This document shows positions 24,235-34,412 of a DNA stretch of 64,000 bases, one piece after another. Where the stretch lies: assembly GCA_040954595.2 (NCBI GenBank), contig CM082591.2, positions 4,635,957 to 4,699,956 on the forward strand, written 5' to 3'. Position 1 is the stretch's first letter. Every line of letters starts with the position of its first letter. Under the pieces are notes generated by a model. The model was not told the DNA's origin. It worked only from the letters and a program-made list of their open reading frames with translations, and searched no databases. Source of the stretch: Balanoglossus misakiensis. Its lineage: Eukaryota > Animalia > Hemichordata. The position numbers were made by a program, and so were the translations under genes.

Positions 24235-27200
24235 TTATATCGTTGTTTCACAATATGACAGGGAGTTGGAGACGTTCTTGGACATTCTACTGTCTGGGGT
24301 GTCGACGCTACGGTTTCCAAGCAAGACATTATCTGCGTCGACCATGTCGGGATTACGACGAATGGCACCTGCCGTGTTGGTCACAATGATGCGGATCTTG
24401 ACGTGGAAAAACTCGTACGTGTAGGTGGAGTTGAAGAACATCACAAAGATGGCCGCCAGCCACTCGAAAATGGTCGACGACAGGAACTCGGCCGGCGGAA
24501 TGTACTGTGAAATGATAATGAGATGCAAGACAAAGGTCAAAGGTGACAGTTGACAATTTTGTGATTTAGAATGTTGTGAGCACAAAAAGTGTATAGTTCT
24601 AATGGTACATGTATCTGTACAGCCTAGTAGAAATGGGAAGTCGTAACTGGAATGAGGTTTTTGGCTGTAACAAAATTGTTTGAATATGATAAATTCCGGA
24701 TATATATTACCAAATGTAACAATTATTGGTAGTGCTATCAGAACCCAGGAAAAGGGTCATTATTTATGTGACTTTAGAGCATCCTGAAGAAAACTGTGTG
24801 TATTTTATGTCTAAATTACGAGTCTGGATGGCAAGTGTACATGAGAAAAGGAGAAAAAATGAGGAACTGACCTTAGAATCAGAGGACGTTCTACTCAATG
24901 AGACATTACGGCTGTGAGCCATGGAAAGATTCAACCAATCAATGGTGTTCTGGCTGATGGGCTGATTTGAATATGCAGATTCCGGCAGCGAGCCGCCAGT
25001 CAACATCATGATGAAAATAATTTGACTGATCCACACTAGGTGCAGAGGAAAATGAATGAGTTGAGGAAAAGTGTTGCTGATGAGGTTTCTATGGTGACAA
25101 AGATGGGTCATGTTTTTACCTGGCTTGTTATGTAACGCTGCCAAGTCAGTTAAACCTGGTTTGATTTCCAGGGTGCCTATAGAATCCTGGCTCCCTGGCC
25201 TGTTAGACTGCCAAGTGCGTGTTACTCAGTAGGGCCTATACAAGACCCTCAGACCAATACAGTGCAAACCAGTGCGATTTGGTACATCTTACAGGGGGCT
25301 CAGACTGCCAAGTGCGTCTAAGTACGTATGAGACTAGCCATGTCAAGACAGTCAAAATACGTTTTAGAAGAAAAGTGGCAGAAACGTATTTTAAGGGACT
25401 TGACACTCTAAACAGGTTTGACACCTAGTAGCATTAGGGTTAAAAGGATACTGCTGATGAGGGACAGGGTCACCAAGAGAGCCAACACGACCCGGATTCT
25501 TGCGATCCACAGACCGTTGTACCGCGGGTAGAGTTTGTAGGTCATGTGACTCTGCATCCAGCAGTAGAGCATCCCGAGTCCAAACGCCATGGCGGCTCCG
25601 ACCATGTGAACTTCAAACTGGCTGGTCCACTGCAAACGAGAGAGAAAATAAGGAAAGCGTTATCAGTCCGGGGTGACGTCCTTTTTCCATTGAAATCATG
25701 ACTCATATTCTTGCAGTAAACTAACGAAGTTGCTTGTTGCACATTCCACTGACGGCAGAGCCAGACAAATTGCCCAGTGCACTGCCTGGCTCTTCAGAAA
25801 GCCACTCTGGGTCACACCTTGCTATGGGAAAGTCTTTGCGTCACTGAATTGACATATCCTACCAGGCCACTCATCTTTGCTGAACTCTACCAGGTCAGAT
25901 ATATGTATCACTTTTTATCACTTTGTTTGCCTAACTGATCAGTCCAGTTATCGCTGCCTCGGAGAAATTGACAAAGATATTTATTCTTCCTAATACAGTA
26001 GTGAGTAACACAGTCTATATGTGACCCTGTATGAAATGGTCATTCAGAGTGATGTGAGACTAACTACTGTTGCCTCAATGCATTGTGGGAGTATCAGTGC
26101 CCATATATTCTATGCAAACGGTTGCTAGGTTACCTGGAAGTTGCCCACAATGCTCAGTCCAATGGCTGCCAGCAGGCCAAACACAAAGCTGGTTGTATTG
26201 AGACATGAGAATCTCTTTGTGTTTTCAACGCTCAATTTTTTCAGGCTTTTGTATCGGATGTAGACGGCCAGTATACCTGAAACGAGAACGATATTTTTAT
26301 ATGAATCCTTCAACTGCAGATTTCATCTCCTGAGAACAAACAGGAAGCAACATTGTTTCTTTGAGTTTTTTACTTTTACACGAGTGAGCGGATTTTCGGA
26401 ATGTGCAGAGTGGCAATGAGAGAAGGTCACAACCCAATGGAACAGAATCAAGTTTCACCCTTAAAGATGTTTTCACTCATGGTGGGTGATGAGTTCAACA
26501 GAGCTGTGTGGGTTTTCAAGGTAAATGAATTTGCGAGGGTTTTTTTGCTGAAAGGGTTAATATTTCAATCGCTACAGAAATAACAAATTATGAATAGCAC
26601 TGTACCACTTAGTGACCCTTGACATGAGTGTTACGCATGTAATTACAAAGTGTCCTGGCATGAATGTAACAATGGACTGTAACAGAGCGATTTCCTTACC
26701 CAAAGCAGCCGCTACGTTCAGGAACTGTGAAAATAAACAACTTTCTGGTGGATATGCACCGGTATCACTGAAAAAGAAATAGATTTAAATATTTGTTGAG
26801 AAGAAACAAATCAGAAATGTTCATCATCACCTTTCGTATGCTTTTATTATTCAAGTAGAAATGTTCTATCCCATATTACCATGGTGATTTTACAATGTCC
26901 CCAAAGAGACATGTAACTTTTCTGGGGTCTACCAGGGTATATTTACATAGTGTTGACCCAAGGATTTTTCATTGCAAAATCAGAACCTTTTCTGATAGCC
27001 AATCACCTACCTGATATATGGAACAAATGGGATCACATGATCCAAACTGACAGCAATGATGTAACTAGGGAAAAAAGAACACAAATATTAGAAGTTATTG
27101 CAAAATTGAGTGCCAATTGTTTTAGTCTTACATATACAGGTGGTGTATCCATGGACGCTTGAAACAAAGGTGTTTTAATTGTATCACGTTGCGATAAATA

Positions 27201-27403
27201 GTAGGTAATTTGTGCAACGGTGAACGCCCCGTTGCGATCGCGTAAAACATTACGTAACTAAACAACTTGGTAGATAGATGTCCATCTTTGAAGTGAAGTG
27301 CTTTCTGCATGATGACTTACCACACGAGAAACGTCAAAATCGCCGTCGCTGCAAATATTATCGGTAGAAAGCCCCAGCCTATGTTCAGTTTCTGGCAACC
27401 CAT
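24235..27403 (-). CDS. DRAM/TMEM150-family gene 2, isoform A (319 aa); exons 27403-27321, 27064-27011, 26767-26700, 26276-26134, 25629-25452, 25035-24872, 24504-24235
   Basis: MGCQKLNIGWGFLPII.., YIIAVSLDHVIPFVPYIS, DTGAYPPESCLFSQFLN, VYIRYK, GLSIVGNFQ, VHMVGAAMAFGLG, SSTIFEWL. Exon sizes 54/68/143/178 equal those of gene 3; phases consistent; minus-strand AATAAA at 23815-23810. Confidence 0.85.
25036..25451 (-). other. U12-type intron of gene 2 (proximal acceptor; alternative distal acceptor at 23673)
   Basis: Donor GTATCCTTTT at 25451, after the 178-nt exon; branch-like TTTTCCTCAAC at 25070-25060, with the first downstream AG at 25037-25036. Confidence 0.85.
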
Positions 27404-28174
27404 GACTGAAAAATTCAAAACAAGTGAAATGGTTTCCTTTGCTGGTTCAGATACGGTCCAGTCAACTCGCCGTGTGTAGTCCTAGTTCTCACACCATCTT
27501 CTTTGGTGATCGCCCTGTTATCTTATCGATCGGATCGGTTGGTGTAACTTTTACCGTTCGCTGCTTTGTCTTCAATGAATTATTGGGACATCCACGATAT
27601 TCTCCTTTCTCGTGATTACTTGTCTCTGGTTGCAAACAGACGGCAAGATCATGCTCTGAATTACACGGTGTGTAAACACTGCAAGTTACACACTTTTCTC
27701 AAGCAGAAAAAGTGTGATAACCTTATCTATCAAAACATGACCTTTCACCCCAAAACGCCCACCTAGGACAGAACACAATTCAATATGACAACGCTGTCTC
27801 ACCATCGCTAAAACCAAGGAAATATAATTTTTATAACTGATTTTGCTATTTAGTATCTAAGAGTATCATATTAACACCTCTTTTAGAATCACCTCACTGG
27901 ATAAATTGATGAGCAGATAAAAAAAATTGTTAGGAGAAATTTTACACTTTTTCTATGGACTTAAAGGGTCTTATGAAGATGTTGCTTTCACTTGTGTGAT
28001 TAGTAATCAAAGGATTTCCGGGTTCTGAAATCTTTTTATTGTCAGTGGAAATCGGTAAAATAACGTTGAATGCATATGAAACCAGGAGAATCGCCTAGCG
28101 CCTCTGCGTAGACTCATAAAGTCGTAAATTTCGTTGAAGTGCGTGCGGTTCACAGCAGGTCATGTTTTTTATAG

Positions 28175-28333
28175 TATGTCACCTGAGCTGACTCGCATTG
28201 TCACGTGTGTGTGACTACAGCCTTGGTTTCGATCTGACAACAGTGGGGAAATCGTTTTCGTTCGGTTGTGATCTGAACTGCCTGGCTGCTCTTCCAGATT
28301 TTGTTGGCTGAGACAGGAAGAATACCGGTAAGA
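28175..28333. promoter_or_regulatory. Divergent promoter region and non-coding first exon between DRAM genes 2 and 3, with a CLEAR-like E-box
   Basis: Start codons diverge at 27403(-) and 28787(+); GTCACGTG at 28200-28207 and GTCACCTGA at 28178; + strand donor CCG|gtaaga at 28327/28328. Confidence 0.45.
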
Positions 28334-28786
28334 CACTTATGATCTGATCTGATCTGACGTGACATTTGCAATATTTATTACACATGACATGATGTTATAC
28401 ACGTACTCCACAACACTAGCACTACACATCTGGTTATTGGTTGTCTTGTAAGTTGAAGTACCTTGCTGATAAGGTGGTGGGCCCAGTGACCGGGGATGTA
28501 ACTTTAGTTTTCTTTACCGATGCTACCTGATTTCAGTAGTTTCAACCCAGTACGTGAAATGTGATAATATGTCAAACAGCAAATTGAACTGGTTTTATAT
28601 TCTTGCAAATGGGTGAAGACTTGGCCAGTGAGAGCTGACCCATGTCAATGTCAGACCTTGTTATGAAATGGATAATGGTGCTTGAGAATATGGACAGATA
28701 AACAGTGGTTATCAGATCATGATCTTTACTCATAATTTTCTTTTTATTCAGAATCTTCAATATCTAAACACTACTACACTGTCACA

Positions 28787-31700
28787 ATGTGCAAATCGTG
28801 GTGGTTCTGTATAGGTATGGGGTGGCTGCCACTGTCGGTTGGAATAATGACAGCAACGACGTTTGTGGTATCGTAAGTATTGATGCCAGAATGATTATGT
28901 CTTTGTAACTTGTTCTTATTCCCATTTTGTATTCATGTACATTTATTCCAAACTTATGAGCAATCAAATTAGCATGAACTCAAATTAGCATCAGTCATTT
29001 AGTGTTGAATATAAAGCGAATGTATAACAATATAACTTTCGATTTACTCTTTCTTTCTAGGTACTGTATATCTGTCGGTTTAGGTCATGTTCCGGCTGAA
29101 TTTCCGTACATCAGGTAATTATCATGAGATTACTGCCCCATTAAGTTGTATAACACCTGACTTAACCCTTTCACCATCATGGTTCAGTCCAACACCATTG
29201 TCTTCAACAGCAAAACTGGACATTTATGTAGGGAATTAGGGGGTGATGAAGATCTTGTGAAATCTGTCCATATGCATTTATATACAAAAAATTAATAATT
29301 TAACAAGCAATAAAGATTGAGATATTTTATTTAATTTAAATGATTTAGCAAACTTCCTGACTTTCTATTCCAGTGACACTGGTACCTATGTTCCGGAGAG
29401 TTGTATATTCGGTCAGCTTCTGAACATCACAGCTGCCCTAGGTAAGTCAAAAAGTCACAATCAAGTTGAGTGTTGTCAACATAATTTTTACATGGGGAAA
29501 TTTTGTCATATTTACACTTTTTGTTTGGATTGCAAAAGAGGAAAGTCACCAACCCGCCAGTCTTTTTTTATAAAATCCATTTTTTTGGGGTAAACACACA
29601 TATTTTGGCCACATTTAATTGTTTCAGTCACATTGCCCATTTACTATCCACAGCATTCGCGACAATGTACGTACGCTACAAACAAGTGGTGGAGTTCAAC
29701 CGAGAGGCTTCCAGGACGGTTCTACGATGGAACAAAATAAGCTTCGTCATCGGAGGCTTGGCCTGTCTGGGCATGAGTATGGTTGCCAACTTTCAAGTGA
29801 GTGTAGTTATGTGGTGGGCAGCTGAATAAATCAGTGTGGCACCCATTTATTATTTAACTTGTTCATATTTAAATGTACAGCCACAATTAGAAGTTTTATA
29901 ACATGTTTCTGTAGTAAGGTCATTGAAAGTCAAGTTATCAAAATACTGCGCTCTAGCGGCAAGCATATGAAAACCAGAGCTTTGACTAAACTGCTGCTAT
30001 TGAATAATTAATAGACTGCTTCCTACTATGTATAGTCAATTGAGCGCGCTATCATATATACATTCAAGCAGTACTATATGCAGACATACTAATTGAAATG
30101 GAGATTGCATCTTCATAAAGCATACATGAATGATCTTGTTGCAAGCAATTTCTGTTATCAGTATGCCCAGAGTGATTAAGTCCAAATCACCATGGAAACA
30201 CTTTGTCCTGGATAACTATCACAAAACATGTCCACTTTGGTCATTAATACTTCAAAGGGAATTTTATGCTTTGTATGTGGATATGTGGGTATGGGCAAAG
30301 AGGTACATTTATATAGTGTAGCAATTTCAGCATCTGCATAAAATAGCTGTATTGTAACCTTGGTGATTTGGGCCTTATTCTGGAGAGCATGTTTTTGCCC
30401 CACATTCCATCCCATCACAAACGCTAATGCTTTATTCGGCAGGAAACAAACGAGCTGATAGTTCACGTCATTGCGGCCAATCTCTGCTTTGGACCGGGCG
30501 TGGTCTACTGCTACACTCAGACCTGGCTGTCGTACAAGATGGCTCCCTTTCACGCCACCATATTTGCCTGCAGAGCTCGATGCGTAGTCTGCATTTCTGC
30601 AACAGTGGGCTTCGTCTTCAGTATCCTTTGAAATTAAAGTAACAGCAAAAAGTTACAGCCAGTGGAGCGTTAACCCTTTCACCACCATGGTTCAGTCCAA
30701 ACCCATTGTTTTCTATGGTAGGGTTGGACCTCTTAAGTTAGTATTTGTTACATCCTGACTTGATTCACTTGCATGCGTGCTTGAATACATTGATGCATAA
30801 ACAATCACTGAACTGCAGTAGAAATCGCCAAGCTTTTTCTTTAAGAAATTAATTTGTTCGAATAATATTCGATAAGGTAAAGTTTTAATGTTGGTAAATT
30901 AGTACATGTACTGCATAGTGCTGTACACGATGTCAACAAATTAAAATTGTGTCCCATTGAATAACTTCACAAAATCCTTTTTCTGTCTTTCCCAATTTTC
31001 AGGAACTACCGGTAAGTGTCGATACAGTGCATTTTACCGGCGCTTATATGTGTTTTGGGTTGGGTGTTGTCTATGCTCACATACATGCATGGATACCTTG
31101 TGAGAATTTCGCGTTCTCAGAGTGGTGCAAAACTTGCGTGTGTCGAGTTCGGGTGGCTCTCGCTGTGGTTGGATCAGTTGCGTTGATTTGTGGTATCCTT
31201 AAAGTTTCTAGTAAGTTCTAGGCTTTACCCTATTAATGCAATGGTCTAGTCCAAAACCATTGTTTTCTAGGGCGAAATTGGACCAGTATAAGAGGAAACG
31301 GGTTGAAAAGGTTACATATTTCTCAATTGTCAGCTCTGTACACAAAGTCTTCTAGATGCTATTTGGAACAAAAATTCCAAATACCTTTGAAAATGCTGAT
31401 ACGCTGTTGTTTGTGATTGACCCTTGACCTACGTCTCAGCTTCCATATTTGCTGCTCTGGCTGCGCAGAAATATCATGGTGAGATACGGACACGATGGGA
31501 ACCAGAAGATGGAGTAAGTATTTCGAGACTTCTAACTTTGTCGAATGAAGTCGCCATTTTTGGACACACTGTCCTTTGTATTTATAAATCAGCAGCCACA
31601 AGTTGTCAAGCTAGATTCTGAAGTGGAGATCAGTGAGTTGGCAGAGTGTGGTGTAACATCTACCTAAAATTAGACCAGTGCCACTGAGTGATTTGACGGT

Positions 31701-31897
31701 AGTCATGGGAGCTCTTCGTTTCTGTCTTTCAGGGTTTCACAGAACACATTCTGAGTACAGCGTTCGAGTGGGTACTGGCCATCTCCTTCCTCTCGTACTT
31801 CTTCACTTTTGTGCGAGAATTCCAGAAAATCGTCATGGAAACCCAGCTGAGGCTGTACCAGGAAGACATGGAGCCGATCAACGATCCGGAAATCTGA
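28787..31897 (+). CDS. DRAM/TMEM150-family gene 3 (255 aa with exon 5a); exons 28787-28872, 29061-29114, 29374-29441, 29654-29796, 30443-30620, 31440-31513, 31733-31897
   Basis: MCKSWWFCIGMGWLPL.., [93 protein letters not shown]; all junctions in phase. Confidence 0.92.
29162..29246. mobile_element. Copy of the TTAA/CCCTTTCACC MITE in gene 3 intron 2
   Basis: ttaaccctttcaccatcatggttcagtccaacaccattgt..gggggtga. Confidence 0.75.
30670..30735. mobile_element. Truncated copy of the TTAA/CCCTTTCACC MITE between exons 5a and 5b
   Basis: ttaaccctttcaccaccatggttcagtccaaacccattgttttctatggtagggttggacct, nearly identical to the 5' part of the 57282 copy. Confidence 0.8.
31003..31192 (+). CDS. Duplicated alternative exon 5b of DRAM gene 3 (259-aa isoform)
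   Basis: U2-type acceptor ccttttttctgtctttcccaattttcag|GAA-like pyrimidine tract; 190 nt, phase 0 to 1 like exon 5a; ELPVSVDTVHFTGAYMCFGLGVVYAHIHAW..CRVRVALAVVGSVALIC; ends in U12 donor G|GTATCCTT. Confidence 0.85.
31224..31314. mobile_element. Degenerate copy of the same MITE downstream of exon 5b
   Basis: tttaccct..atggtctagtccaaaaccattgttttctagggc..ttggacc..gggttgaaaaggtta. Confidence 0.65.
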
Positions 31898-34218
31898 TTG
31901 GTTGTTGGTTTCGTTCGGCTGTGTCATGATTGGCTGCCGTGTTACAGGAGGCTGGAGGTGTAAGAAAGATTTATGACGTTTGAATGTGCTGCTTTTATAT
32001 GCACAAAATGCGGTTACCTGCTTAAACCAGACACGAGGCAGAGAAAATTGTTCATTTTACAATGATGTCTGGATTATGGAGTTTCTTTGAACATGTATGA
32101 CAGTCTCCAGATTAGATAGGATTCTGTGTGTCCAAATTGTAGTAGAATTTCACATGCAGAGATTGGAGGTTCTTACTTGTAAATATTGTCTTTGTAGTAA
32201 CAGGTAATCATGAGAATTTTGACAGATTTCAGTCATTGTATGTGGTTCACTAATGTGACAATTCCTTGTATAGTTTGACTGAATGTTTGTTGGAAGATTT
32301 TTCATGTATGCCTATTTTTTGGGATGGTCATGCTTGTAACAGTATTGTTTATAGACAACATAATATACACATATTACAATGTTACATTGCATCATTGTAG
32401 TGTAACACTAGTGGTTACCAGTACATCTTTGTGTGTTTCTACCTAAAATATGTCCATTTTCTGGATCTCACTCTAGCACAACAAACATGAATTCTTTCCT
32501 GGTAATATAGATCAATTTTATAACGGAAACAAAATTTACAATTTTCGGCAGCGATAAGGATGAATTTGTACACAGATATCTTGGTGTAGGCTGATGAGAA
32601 AAATGCACAGGTAGAAAGCTTTGTTCCATTTTCCAGATTCAAAAGTCAATATTTTTTATCGGACAATTCAGCATGCACTACACTGGTGTAGTATTTCATA
32701 TACTCCAAATGGGACCACTTATTTTGAAAATTAAAGTGCCGCGAGTTTATTCACCGATGCTGTGGTTCATTGCACCGATCGCGACTTCGGGAGGGCTTAC
32801 AAAATTTTGGTGTGGTTACGACCGGAGCAAAAGCACACGTACAACCCATTATTTAGACAAAACCACAGTTTTACTGAGATGCAAAGTTCGAACTTGATGA
32901 AGAGAGTGCCCACTGTATAGCAGGATGGTAGTGAGCCATCTAGTGGTGGTTTTGCTAGATTTGTACTTGTAGATGAACTGCATTTGTACAACCATAGACA
33001 GTCTATGGGACAACCAGTACATGTTTTAATATAAGTTTCTGCTAACTGATTTTATATTCTGATTTTATAAAATAAAAAAAACAGCATGCAGATTTTTATC
33101 AAATGTTTATCAGCAAAGAACTTTAAGCAAAGAACTTTAAGAACTTTTCACCAGTAATTCAACTTCTTGTATAGGTAGCATGCAAATATTAGACTGATTT
33201 TCATACCTTTCAACTTTGTGAATGCAGTCAGTGAACACCAAAATTATGGAAATCGTGATTTTTAATGTGGCAATCATTGATATATTCAATAAAATAAATT
33301 AAACTCATTTATTGTGAATGTCAGTCTCCACAGTGTTGGCCATTCTTGTCTGGTTTTGACAAAAAATCTCTGTCCTCTTATAGGGTTATTTTACGTGATT
33401 TCCACATTTAATTTACATGCGATCTGCTGTCTGACCGCGCAGCCAAATTCAGGTTGAATGGTGTGAAAGGTTCCAAAAAGGGCAAGAAGATGAAAAAGTA
33501 CAACACGAGGTCACTGGAGTAGTTCGGAAAGTCGACAGTAGATGTTGAAAAGCCAGCAAAGGGTAGGACAATTCTAAACTTGCTTTTGGCTATGATCGAC
33601 CTTACCTATGAACTCTCAGCTATTAATCTGGCACAATCTTTGGCATGATTATTTTGCTGCGTAGACTGCAGATCACAGGAGCAGTGTTTTCATGCGATGC
33701 AATATCCTCAGGGAGATATGATGTCGTTCGGGCAATGCTAGCAACAAGTATAATCATGGCCCAAAATTGGCCGGGGAATTACAGATGATTGTATCAATAA
33801 CAAGATGTAAAATTGTCTCTATTTTTTTTTAAATCTTTGACAACAAAAAGACCTAGCAAATGCAGACTAGTTTTTCCTTGACATATGCCCAACAGCAGTG
33901 TCAGTGCTTTTAAAGTTAAATTTTGTAGGAAGATGATGTTGCCTGCCTGAAGACATGTGTGCACATGTTTGTGAGCTAAAAAAAATTGCAGGGTGGAAAA
34001 AGACTGATGGAGATTAACATCAAGAGTCACAGAACAGACTATTTTATTCTAAATTGAAGTGGCCTCGAATTTGTCAGTATTTGAAATTCCAAATGGCTGT
34101 GCTGCCAGAACTCTGCACTATGGTAAAAAAATTGAAAAAAAAGCACTTCTATCGGTAGTTTTATGAAAATCTGTCCTTCGGGCCTGCAGACTGAAAAATA
34201 CAAGAGGCAGGCAGAGTC

Positions 34219-34412
34219 TACTGTAAAACGGGAAATTTTCGTGAACGATAAATGTGTGCAAACTACGCGAGAGCCCCAAAAATTAGATAATAAAATTAGT
34301 CGCAAAAGAACAATGTGTACAGTAGAATGTTATTCGGGGATAAAGAGAATGTGAAAGTTAATCGTCGCAAAATAGTCGCCTCTATATTGCGAAAATGTCC
34401 CGTTTTACAGTA
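34219..34412. mobile_element. MITE with TA target site, TIR CTGTAAAACGGGA (Tc1/mariner/pogo-type non-autonomous element)
   Basis: TA-CTGTAAAACGGGA...TCCCGTTTTACAG-TA; second copy at 46980. Confidence 0.8.

Larger units (their letters stand above)
30621..31439 (+). other. U12-type intron of gene 3 with two donors (30621, 31193) and one branch site/acceptor
   Basis: GTATCCTTTG at 30621, GTATCCTTAA at 31193; branch CCCTTGAC at 31421-31428 with the A 12 nt from the AG ending at 31439. Confidence 0.88.

Noticed and set aside
25205-25318. Two copies of agactgccaagtgcgt in the gene 2 U12 intron
   Set aside because: Short local duplication with no evidence of function, though it lies near the regulated splice choice.
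27700-28200. Search for a p53 response element near the DRAM promoters
   Set aside because: Only imperfect single half-sites (e.g. AAACATGACC); no paired RRRCWWGYYY seen.
33420-33522. Short Lys-rich frame (..GVKGSKKGKKMKKYNTRSLE*) resembling a terminal exon
   Set aside because: No clear acceptor or parent gene.
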